Positions 9,046 to 16,810 of a stretch of DNA of 64,000 bases are shown here, in pieces. Source of the stretch: an uncultured Rhodobacteraceae bacterium (lineage in GTDB: Bacteria; Pseudomonadota; Alphaproteobacteria; Rhodobacterales; Rhodobacteraceae). Location of the stretch: contig CATOSU010000007.1 in the NCBI GenBank assembly GCA_951812615.1, positions 41,751-105,750 on the forward strand, given 5' to 3'. Position numbers and translations under genes: made by a program. How positions within the stretch are numbered: position 1 is the stretch's first letter; every line of letters starts with the position of its first letter. The notes below the pieces were generated by a model. It was not told where the DNA came from, did not search any database, and was given only the letters and a program-made list of their open reading frames with translations.

Positions 9046-10023
9046 ATGGCTGTTTCCGAGCAAATTCCCGTCAATTCCGGTTTTGATGGCAAATCCACCG
9101 GTGCAGAGGTCGCCGCCGCGTTTGACCTGACCGGCAAAACGGCCGTTGTCACAGGCGGCTACAGCGGCATCGGGCTGGAAACGGTCCGGGTTCTGGCCGA
9201 TCGGGGCGCCAGCGTGATCGTGCCGGTGCGCTCGCCCGACAAGGCATCCGCGGCGCTGGCCGGAATTGCGGGTAACATCCGCACCCTGCCGATGGATCTG
9301 GGCGATCCGGGATCGGTGCGCAGCGCGGCGGACCAGCTGTGCGATGAACTGAACACGCTCGACCTCCTGATCAACAATGCCGGTATCATGGCCTGCCCGC
9401 TGGCGCGGGTCGGGCCGGGCTGGGAAAGCCAGTTCGGCATCAACCACATGGGGCATTTCGCGCTGACGCAGGGTCTGATGCCGCTGCTGGAGAACACTGG
9501 CGGTGCCCGCGTGGTTGCCTTGTCCTCGGGCGGGCACAAGATGGGCGACGTGAACTGGGACGACATTCAGTACCAGCATACCGAATACGACAAGTGGAAG
9601 GCCTACGGGCAGGCCAAGACCGCAAATGCGCTGTTTGCCAACGCGCTTTCGCGGCGGTTGCGCCCGGCCGGCGGGTTGGCATTTTCCCTGCATCCGGGGG
9701 CGATCTTTACACCGCTGCAACGCCACCTGCCGCAGGCAGAAATGATCGCGCTCGGCTGGCTGTCCGAGGACGGCTCGCCCTCGGACATGGCGCGGCGCGT
9801 GTTCAAGACGGTGGAGCAGGGATGTGCAACGACTCTGTGGGCCGCCACCGCGCCCGGGCTGGACGGCAAACCCGGGGTCTATTGCGAGGATTGCGACATC
9901 GCGGTGCTGTCCGATCCAGAGAACCCGGAAACCCGGTTCATCGGCGTGCGGGCTTATGCCTGCGACGATGACGCCGCCGAACGGCTGTGGCAGATCAGCG
10001 AGGCATTGCTGGCCGACGCCTGA
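9046..10023 (+). CDS. SDR family oxidoreductase
   Basis: TGGYSGIG cofactor motif, NNAG motif and a YxxxK catalytic motif (YGQAK). Confidence 0.85.
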   Translation: MAVSEQIPVNSGFDGKSTGAEVAAAFDLTGKTAVVTGGYSGIGLETVRVLADRGASVIVPVRSPDKASAALAGIAGNIRTLPMDLGDPGSVRSAADQLCDELNTLDLLINNAGIMACPLARVGPGWESQFGINHMGHFALTQGLMPLLENTGGARVVALSSGGHKMGDVNWDDIQYQHTEYDKWKAYGQAKTANALFANALSRRLRPAGGLAFSLHPGAIFTPLQRHLPQAEMIALGWLSEDGSPSDMARRVFKTVEQGCATTLWAATAPGLDGKPGVYCEDCDIAVLSDPENPETRFIGVRAYACDDDAAERLWQISEALLADA

Positions 10024-10027
10024 GCCT

Positions 10028-10807
10028 TCAGAGGTCCAGTTCGATCCAGACCGGCACGTGGTCCGAGGGTTTTTCCCGGCCCCGGACATGGGCATCGATC
10101 CGGCAGTCGCGCAACAGATCCGCGCATTGCGGAGTCAGCAGGAAATGATCGATGCGGATCCCGTCGCCGCGTTCCCATGATCCGGCCTGATAATCCCAGA
10201 AACTGTAATGCCCGCCGCCGCGGGTGCGGGCCCGGAACGCCTCGGTAAAGCCCAGATTGACGATCCGCCGCCATGCCGCGCGGGCCTCGGGCCGAAACAG
10301 CGCGTCCTCGGTCCAGGCTTCGGGGCGATGGGCGTCCTCGGCCTGCGGGATGATGTTGTAATCGCCCGCCATCAGCGCAACCTCTTCGCTGGCCAGCAGT
10401 TCGGCCGCCCGCGCTTCCAGACGTTTCATCCAGGCCAGCTTGTAATCGAATTTCGGCCCCGGCGCCGGATTGCCGTTGGGCAGGTACAGTCCGCAGACGC
10501 GCAGCGCCTGCCGGCCCACCACCGTCGCCTCTATCCAGCGGGCCTGTTCGTCGCTGTCGTCACCCGGCAACCCGCGCGACACATCCTCCAGCGGCAGTTT
10601 CGACAGGATCGCCACGCCGTTGAAACCCTTTTGCCCGTGGGTTTCCACGTTATAGCCCCGGTCCTCGAACAATTCCCTCGGGAAGTTTTCGTCGACGGAT
10701 TTGATCTCCTGCAGCAGCGCGACATCCGGCTGCGCCTCGTCAAGCCAGTCGGGCAGGGCGGCGATCCGGGCCTTGATCCCGTTGATGTTGAATGTGGCGA
10801 TCTTCAT
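10028..10807 (-). CDS. xthA: exodeoxyribonuclease III
   Basis: MKIATFNINGIKAR...LLQEIK...SDHVPVWIELDL are canonical ExoIII/APE motifs. Confidence 0.9.
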   Translation of the reverse strand: MKIATFNINGIKARIAALPDWLDEAQPDVALLQEIKSVDENFPRELFEDRGYNVETHGQKGFNGVAILSKLPLEDVSRGLPGDDSDEQARWIEATVVGRQALRVCGLYLPNGNPAPGPKFDYKLAWMKRLEARAAELLASEEVALMAGDYNIIPQAEDAHRPEAWTEDALFRPEARAAWRRIVNLGFTEAFRARTRGGGHYSFWDYQAGSWERGDGIRIDHFLLTPQCADLLRDCRIDAHVRGREKPSDHVPVWIELDL

Positions 10808-10969
10808 CGGCCCCTCCGCTGGCTGTCAGTGATCTATCGCCGATCGTGCGAAAGGGGGCAAGCGGGCCATTTGCCGACGCGGTCGGCGTGATGCGTTCGT
10901 GCAAAACGTGATGGTGATTCGCGTCCGCTCTGGGCGCGATTCCGCATGACATCTGCCCGATTTCGTGCC

Positions 10970-11054
10970 TGTGGATAAGTTTCTTTTCGCGGATCAGCGT
11001 CAGAGCCTTTTGATTTTTCGCCAATTTCTTGGAGCGCGCACCTCATGTGGATAA
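10970..11054 (+). promoter_or_regulatory. two perfect DnaA-box 9-mers (TGTGGATAA, the complement of TTATCCACA) in direct orientation
   Basis: Exact 9-mers at 10970-10978 and 11046-11054. They sit in a locally AT-richer divergent intergenic region between xthA and the repeat-peptide gene. Confidence 0.5.
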
Positions 11055-11156
11055 ACGGGGCCGCAACACACCTTTAAGGAGAGAAAGCATTTGACGAACC
11101 CGTTTAACGTGCAATCGTGAAGGGGCGTTCAACCACTCAAGCAGGAGAAAAGACCA

Positions 11157-11644
11157 TGACCGCACTTCGCAAAGTATACGAAACCACCACCCCCAAGACC
11201 ACGGCTGCGGATGAGGCCAGCCTCTTCGACGGAGACGGCACATTCCTGTTCTCCTCCGGTTCTGCCCCCAGCTGCAGCGCCGACGCGCTGAGCGGCGAAC
11301 AGACGGAAATGTTCTCCTCCGGGTCGGCTCCGACACTGCGCAGCACCGCGCTGAGCGGCGAAGGCGTGGAAATGTTCTCTTCGGGCTCCGCGCCTGTTGC
11401 GTCCTCCGCGGCCCTGACCGGTGAACTGGTTCAGATGTTCTCCTCCGGCTCCGCCCCGGCGGCCAGCGCGGACACGATGGCCGGTGACGGCATCCAGATG
11501 TTCTCGTCCGGCTCGGCCCCGACGGCTGCGGCCGACACCACAACCGGAGAAGGCACCCAGATGTTCTCGTCGGGTTCTGCCCCCGTGGCCACCAGCGATG
11601 CGGTGCGCGGCGACGGAACCGAGATGTTTTCGTCGGGCAGCTGA
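11157..11644 (+). CDS. tandem-repeat peptide/protein (162 aa) with 7 x (M/L)FSSGS(AP); hypothetical, candidate multi-cassette precursor
   Basis: ORF 11117..11644, trimmed to the ATG at 11157 with an AGGAGA Shine-Dalgarno sequence 7 nt upstream. It has a 21-aa period, and differences within the conserved blocks between repeat copies are synonymous. Confidence 0.7.
11246..11644 (+). repeat. 63-nt tandem repeat, about 6.3 copies, in-frame coding
   Basis: Motif starts fall at 11246, 11309, 11372, 11435, 11498, 11561 and 11624, exactly 63 nt apart. Confidence 0.95.
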
Positions 11645-11707
11645 TCTGACCGCGAAATGAGTGTTGGACACGGGGCGTTCAGGGAACGCCGTTCGAAGGA
11701 GAAATCA

Positions 11708-12784
11708 ATGTCGAATGTCGTACATCTGAATGTTCCGTCCCAACGTCAGAGCCAGCAGTCGCGCCACGGCGCGCTGCTTGGCGTCTTTGGCCGCCAGCGC
11801 CGATTTGGCGACGATGTGTTCTGGCTGAAGGAAAACGCTGAACTGCTGAACATACTGGAATGCACGCGGGCCGGGGTCGATCCCGCCGCCCTGTCCGTGC
11901 ACGAACCGTTTTATGCCGAAGTTGAGAAGCGGCTGGGGTTTTTCCCCCAGTATTACCGCTTCCTGTTGTCGATCTGCCTGGACCTCGAGGCGCTCGGTCT
12001 GCCGGGGTCCAAGGCCGAAGCACTGATACACTGGGCCGCGCGCGAGGGGCTGGCGGATGCCGAACTGTCGGACCTGCAACGCGCCGAGGCGCGCCGGCTG
12101 ATGATGCGCCGCGGGGTCGATCCGCTGCCCGAAGACACCGGCCTGACCGACCGGCTGCACGCCTTCATCGACCGCAGCGATACTTTCGCCTTGCCGAACA
12201 AGAAGGCGGCATATGAGTTGACCCATATCGTCTTTTATCTCAGCGAATACGGGCGCTGTGACCCGGGCCTGTCGGCCCGCGCGGTTACCAGCCTCGAATT
12301 TGCCGGGATCCTTGCCTATCTCGATCAGAATTCAGACCTGTTGTCCGAAATCTGCGTCGCCCTGCGCTATGCCGGACACATACCCTCGCAGATCTGGGAA
12401 GACTGGCTGGAACGCGAAACGCACCGGTTTTCAATGATACAGGGGCCGCAAACGACGCTTCAGGACGATTATCACGACTATTTTGTCTGCAACTGGCTGA
12501 TGGCAATGTCGGGCCGGGATGCCTTTGTCAAACCGGTGGCCGACGAACCGGCCACCTTTCACCAATCAGAGCCATGGGACGGGCCGCTGCGCCGGATGTC
12601 GGAATGCATGTTCGAAATGGCCGATGACCGGTCAGATGACTGGCACCGGATGCGCCCGGTGATCGAAGACACGCTGAGCGACACCGGTCACGACATCCTG
12701 TGCGAAGCTCTGCAAAGCACTGACAAGTTCGAAGCGTTCTTCGCCGGCTTCGCCCGGACCGGCCTGCGGGGAGTGGCGCTGTGA
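11708..12784 (+). CDS. hypothetical protein (358 aa), predicted all-helical, family not recognised
   Basis: ORF 11657..12784, trimmed to the ATG at 11708 with an AAGGAGA Shine-Dalgarno sequence 5 nt upstream. It has no signal peptide or TM segment and contains several E/D-xx-H motifs (YELTHIVFY, DDYHDYF, EALIHW). Its stop overlaps the next start (GTGA). Confidence 0.8.
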   Translation: MSNVVHLNVPSQRQSQQSRHGALLGVFGRQRRFGDDVFWLKENAELLNILECTRAGVDPAALSVHEPFYAEVEKRLGFFPQYYRFLLSICLDLEALGLPGSKAEALIHWAAREGLADAELSDLQRAEARRLMMRRGVDPLPEDTGLTDRLHAFIDRSDTFALPNKKAAYELTHIVFYLSEYGRCDPGLSARAVTSLEFAGILAYLDQNSDLLSEICVALRYAGHIPSQIWEDWLERETHRFSMIQGPQTTLQDDYHDYFVCNWLMAMSGRDAFVKPVADEPATFHQSEPWDGPLRRMSECMFEMADDRSDDWHRMRPVIEDTLSDTGHDILCEALQSTDKFEAFFAGFARTGLRGVAL

Positions 12785-13683
12785 CCGTGCTGGCGGCGCG
12801 GGCGGCCCCGGCCGGGGTGATTTTCGCTTCGGGTCTGGTGGTGCTTTATACCGGGCTGATTTCCGGGGCTGACGCGATCACCAAGCTGATCGCCGGCGGC
12901 TATGCCGCTCCGCAGCTTTACGCCTTTTCGGGGCTGATCGTGATCGGGCTGAGCCTGTTGGCCGACCGCCACGCCACCGGGCGGCGGGGCCTGCGCACCG
13001 GCTGCCCGCGGGCGATGGCGTTGCGGTCGGCGGCGACCGTCGCGGCGGCGGTGTCGTTTTTTCACGCCTTCCGGCTGCTGCCCTTTGCCGAGGTGTTTCT
13101 GTTCATCGGCCTGATGCCGATTCTGGCTGGGCTGATGTCCGGCCCGATCCTGCGTGAATATGTGCGCCCGGCGGCCTGGCTGGCGCTGATCGCCGGTTTT
13201 GCCGGCGTCGCCTGCCTGTTTCCGGCCGGGCCGGGCTCGGTCTCCGCTGGTCACTTGTGGGCGTTGGCGGTGGCGGTGTCGGGGACCTTCTCGATGGTGC
13301 TGGCGCGCTTTATCGGGCGGCATGAAAACAACGCGCTGGCGCAGGTGTTCTACCCCAACCTCGCACTGTTTGTGACCATGTCGGCGGCGCTGCCTTTCGT
13401 GTGGAGGCCGATGCCGGTGACGGATCTGGTCTGGGTCGCAGCCTATGCTGCACTGCTTTTCGCCGCGCGCTGGGTGCTGGTCGAGGCGCTGCGCCGGCTG
13501 GCGGCCTATACGGTCACACCACTGATGAACCTGCAATTTGTCTGGATGGCGGTGATCGGCGCCGTGGGCTTCGGCGAGTTTCCCGGCGCCGGCACCTATC
13601 TGGGCGTGGCGGTTATCATGGCCTCGGGCGCCTATCTGGTCTGGGAGCAGTTTTCACCGGGAAAGCCTGCGGCTGTGACGTAG
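12781..13683 (+). CDS. DMT superfamily (EamA-like) transporter
   Basis: About 10 hydrophobic segments and a two-EamA-repeat architecture. The GTG start overlaps the upstream stop. Confidence 0.85.
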   Translation: MTVLAARAAPAGVIFASGLVVLYTGLISGADAITKLIAGGYAAPQLYAFSGLIVIGLSLLADRHATGRRGLRTGCPRAMALRSAATVAAAVSFFHAFRLLPFAEVFLFIGLMPILAGLMSGPILREYVRPAAWLALIAGFAGVACLFPAGPGSVSAGHLWALAVAVSGTFSMVLARFIGRHENNALAQVFYPNLALFVTMSAALPFVWRPMPVTDLVWVAAYAALLFAARWVLVEALRRLAAYTVTPLMNLQFVWMAVIGAVGFGEFPGAGTYLGVAVIMASGAYLVWEQFSPGKPAAVT

Positions 13684-13705
13684 GATGGGTGATATCACCC
13701 ATCCT
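13682..13705. repeat. 24-nt perfect palindrome AGGATGGGTGATATCACCCATCCT, copy 2 (extends to a 28-nt palindrome here)
   Basis: It begins inside the TAG stop of the EamA gene and sits between convergent genes. GTAGGATGGGTGATATCACCCATCCTAC is fully self-complementary. Confidence 0.9.
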
Positions 13706-13712
13706 ACCGCAG

Positions 13713-14036
13713 TCAGATCGAAAACGAGGTGCCGCAGCCGCAGCTGGAGGTGGCGTTCGGATTGTCGATGACGAACCGCGCCCCGATCAGTTCCTCGGAA
13801 AAATCGATTGTCGCGTTTTCCAGAAACGGCAGCGACACGGCATCGACCAGCACTTTCTCCCCGCCGCCTTCGAGGACAAGGTCGTCGTCTTTCGGCGTGT
13901 CCAGCGCGATCTCGTACTGGAAGCCGGAGCATCCGCCGCCCTCGACTGCGACACGCAGCGCCTGACCCTGGGCTGCGGCGCCGATCTCGGCCAGCCGCTC
14001 GAAAGTGCGGGGGGTGACTTTTGGGGGCAGGTTCAT
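13713..14036 (-). CDS. erpA: iron-sulfur cluster insertion protein (ErpA/IscA/HesB family)
   Basis: ORF trimmed to the ATG at 14036. It has CSGFQY and the C-terminal CGCGTSF cysteine motif. Confidence 0.85.
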   Translation of the reverse strand: MNLPPKVTPRTFERLAEIGAAAQGQALRVAVEGGGCSGFQYEIALDTPKDDDLVLEGGGEKVLVDAVSLPFLENATIDFSEELIGARFVIDNPNATSSCGCGTSFSI

Positions 14037-14112
14037 GGATCTCTCCGGCGGTTCCAACTGGGCGCAAATGGCAATATAGAAACCCGCGGGACAGGCGACA
14101 AGGACAACTGCG

Positions 14113-15249
14113 ATGCGGGCGGCATATGCATCCGATCCGGGCCACGCGCGCGGGCGGCTGGTGGCAGAGGAGGAATCCGCGTTCCGGTCCTGCTTTCAGC
14201 GGGACCGCGACCGGATCATTCACGCCAGCGCCTTCCGCCGGCTCAAGCACAAGACGCAGGTCTTCGTCGAGCACGAGGGCGACAATTACCGCACCCGGCT
14301 GACCCATTCGATCGAGGTGGCACAGGTCGCCCGCACCATCGCCGGGGCGCTGGAGCTGAACCCGGAACTGACCGAGGCCGTGGCGCTGGCCCATGATCTG
14401 GGCCACACGCCCTTTGGTCATACCGGAGAGGATGCCCTGCACGCACTGATGGCACCTTATGGCGGCTTCGATCACAACGCGCAGGCAATCCGGATCGTGA
14501 CCCGGCTGGAGCGTCATTATGCCCGGTTCGACGGGTTGAACCTTACCTGGGAAACCCTTGAAGCCATTGCAAAACACAACGGGCCGGTCACCGGGGACCT
14601 GCCCTGGGCACTGGACGCCTGCAACCGGGTGTTCGATCTGGAACTGAGCACCCATGCCAGCGCCGAGGCGCAGGTCGCCGCGCTGTCGGATGACATCGCC
14701 TATAACAACCACGATCTGCATGACGGGCTGCGGGCCGGGCTGTTTACCGATGCCGATATCGCGCATCTTCCAATCGTGCGCGACGCTTATGCCGAGGTTG
14801 ACAGGCTCTGGCCGGATCTGGATCCGCGCCGCCGCCGGCACGAAGCGCTACGGCGGGTGTTCGGGGTGATGGTGTCGGACGTGATCGACACGTCCCGTGC
14901 GGCACTGGAGACGGCCGGCGCTTCGTCGGTGGCCGAGATCCGGCATTTGGGCCGACCGGTGATCCGGTTTTCGGACGGGCTCTGGTCCGATCTGCAGGAA
15001 ATCCGGGCGTTTTTGTTTTCCAGCATGTACCGTGCCCCGGCGGTGATGGAAAAACGCGCCGAGGTGACGCAGGTGGTCGAGGATCTATTCCCGTTGTTTC
15101 TGGACCGGCCCGCGCTGTTGCCCGAGCGCTGGCAGGCCGATGTCACCCGCGCTGCGGATGAAACCACGCTGGCGCGGATGGTGTCGGATTACATCGCCGG
15201 CATGACCGACCGCTTCGCGCTGCAGCAGCATGCCCGGCTGGTCGGCTGA
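14113..15249 (+). CDS. dgt: deoxyguanosinetriphosphate triphosphohydrolase-like HD-domain protein
   Basis: FQRDRDRIIHSxAFRRLxxKTQV and RLTHSIEVAQV, plus the HD motif (AHDLGHTPFGH). Confidence 0.9.
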   Translation: MRAAYASDPGHARGRLVAEEESAFRSCFQRDRDRIIHASAFRRLKHKTQVFVEHEGDNYRTRLTHSIEVAQVARTIAGALELNPELTEAVALAHDLGHTPFGHTGEDALHALMAPYGGFDHNAQAIRIVTRLERHYARFDGLNLTWETLEAIAKHNGPVTGDLPWALDACNRVFDLELSTHASAEAQVAALSDDIAYNNHDLHDGLRAGLFTDADIAHLPIVRDAYAEVDRLWPDLDPRRRRHEALRRVFGVMVSDVIDTSRAALETAGASSVAEIRHLGRPVIRFSDGLWSDLQEIRAFLFSSMYRAPAVMEKRAEVTQVVEDLFPLFLDRPALLPERWQADVTRAADETTLARMVSDYIAGMTDRFALQQHARLVG

Positions 15250-15792
15250 TCACTCAACCCCGATGAACACCACTGCCCAGACCTGCAACGCCTCCAGCTC
15301 TTCCTGCAGGGCGGCGTCTTTTTGCGGCGGATAGATGACCGCCGCCGGACCGAACCCGCCCAGCGCCAGCGGCCTGCCATTGGCGTGGGTGGCCAGGATC
15401 GGGCGCAGGCCGGTGATATTGTCCCACGGGATCTCGACCTGATACCCGTCCAGCGCCATGGGCAGCGCCGTGCGTTCGTCGGCCCCGGCAGCATACATCA
15501 CCGATGACAGGTAAGGCCCGGTCAAGCTCACATCCGTCCATGGGCCGAATTTGGGCAGCGTGATGCGCCCCTGGTCCAGCCCCGCCAGCATGGCGTCGTC
15601 AAACCCGACAGCGGCGGCGAAATTCAGGTCGAGATAGCCAAAGAAATTTGCGTCGTCTTCGGTTCCCGCGGGCATGTTGCCCGAAGGCAGGTCGCCGCCG
15701 ACGGTGACAATCACCCGGTCGCCGGGGGCGGTCATTTCGGCGGCGACGGTAAACGGGAGCAACAACAGCAGCAGGACTGTAAGGATACGCAT
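15250..15792 (-). CDS. secreted hypothetical protein
   Basis: N-terminal signal peptide MRILTVLLLLLLPFTVAA. Coding-like GC3. I could not confidently assign a family. Confidence 0.65.
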   Translation of the reverse strand: MRILTVLLLLLLPFTVAAEMTAPGDRVIVTVGGDLPSGNMPAGTEDDANFFGYLDLNFAAAVGFDDAMLAGLDQGRITLPKFGPWTDVSLTGPYLSSVMYAAGADERTALPMALDGYQVEIPWDNITGLRPILATHANGRPLALGGFGPAAVIYPPQKDAALQEELEALQVWAVVFIGVE

Positions 15793-15953
15793 CAGTTATT
15801 CCTCGGGTTGGGATTGCGTTCGTTTCGCATGGGCTTATGAATTGGACATAGCGAGAATCCGCGGTTCGACAAATGGATCGGGCCGGGTTTGAATTATCTG
15901 GCTGCACCTCTTAGATTGAAAGACAAGAGCAGTGTTCCGGGAGAGGCCTGAAG

Positions 15954-16073
15954 ATGCGTGATGAGGATGTCAGCCGGGTCGCCGACAAGATCGTCGAATA
16001 TCTGGACAAGAACTGGCTTTTGGTGATTGTCGTGATCCTTGCGGTCGCCGTCTTGATCCGGGTGGTGTCATAG
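15954..16073 (+). CDS. candidate small membrane protein (39 aa)
   Basis: My own translation: [48 protein letters not shown] Shine-Dalgarno sequence lies 7 nt upstream, there is one TM helix and GC3 is high. It overlaps the convergent channel gene by 6 nt and is below the ORF-track cutoff. Confidence 0.3.
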   Translation: MRDEDVSRVADKIVEYLDKNWLLVIVVILAVAVLIRVVS

Positions 16074-16754
16074 CGGATCACCTTCCGCCTCTTTCTTATT
16101 GTTTTCAATTTCTTTTTCCAGCGCTTCCCGTTGCTGTTCAAGCGCGCCGATGGCCTCCTCCAGCTCCGTTTTGTTTCCGGTCAGGTCGGTGATTTCCTGA
16201 CGGAAACTGCTCACCGCATCCTTGACCGAACTTTCGCTTCGCTTGCTCAGCAGAAAAAAGACCGAAGCCGCCACAAGCGCCAGATGCAGGTTTCCCGCCA
16301 TTGCTTCGGCTGCGGCGGGAAAACGGGCGGTTGCCTGCGGCGTCACATCGCCGAACCCCAGCGTCGAAAAAGCGACGATCGAAAAATACAGCGATGTCCA
16401 GTGGTCATGGACCCCGGCACCGTCAAAGGTCAGCCCCGTCTCCACGAACACATAGGCACAGGCAAAGATTGTGAACGTGCCGGACAGCAGCACGTGAAAC
16501 AGGAAATCCGACGCGCTGACCCGGGTGCTGAGCGCGATCGCCAGAAGGATCACGAAATAGGCATAGGCCAGTCCCAGAACGTAGTAGCCGCCGGTGCCGG
16601 TTATGAAGACACCCCAGAGCCCGAAGGCCTCGCGTATGTAGTTCGCACCAAGCGCCAGCGTCAGAGCGATGGCCAGGATCAGGATGCCGCGCCCGGCCGG
16701 GCGGGGCGGGCTCACATCAGGCTTGTCGGGCGGGGCCAAGTCAATCCCTCTCAT
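16068..16754 (-). CDS. potassium-channel family protein with a C-terminal coiled-coil
   Basis: ORF 16068..17042, trimmed to the ATG at 16754. It has the selectivity-filter-like TLGFGD, TM helices and a heptad-rich charged tail ([26 protein letters not shown]). Confidence 0.75.
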   Translation of the reverse strand: MRGIDLAPPDKPDVSPPRPAGRGILILAIALTLALGANYIREAFGLWGVFITGTGGYYVLGLAYAYFVILLAIALSTRVSASDFLFHVLLSGTFTIFACAYVFVETGLTFDGAGVHDHWTSLYFSIVAFSTLGFGDVTPQATARFPAAAEAMAGNLHLALVAASVFFLLSKRSESSVKDAVSSFRQEITDLTGNKTELEEAIGALEQQREALEKEIENNKKEAEGDPL

Positions 16755-16810
16755 TGACCTTTCGGTCCCTGATGGTACACGCAGCTTTGCCAAAATGGGA
16801 AGACGGACGC

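Noticed and set aside
10970-11054. Interpreting the two DnaA boxes as the chromosomal replication origin.
   Set aside because: There are only two boxes. I see no obvious AT-rich unwinding element or additional box cluster, and none of the usual origin-flanking genes (dnaA, dnaN, hemE, parAB) are in the window. I kept it only as a possible DnaA-regulated or titration site.
11246-11644. A regular 63-nt periodic repeat that could be mistaken for a CRISPR array (a ~24-nt conserved block plus a ~39-nt variable block).
   Set aside because: The conserved blocks are not identical at the DNA level and differ only at synonymous codon positions of a single open frame with its own ribosome-binding site. 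No cas genes or leader are present. The spacer parts also share conserved codons (G-D/E-G-x-E/Q).
11129-11671. A 180-aa minus-strand ORF across the repeat region.
   Set aside because: It is the mirror image of the repeat ORF. Its product is Arg/Gly-rich low complexity, it has no ribosome-binding site, and the synonymous-variation pattern fits only the plus-strand frame.
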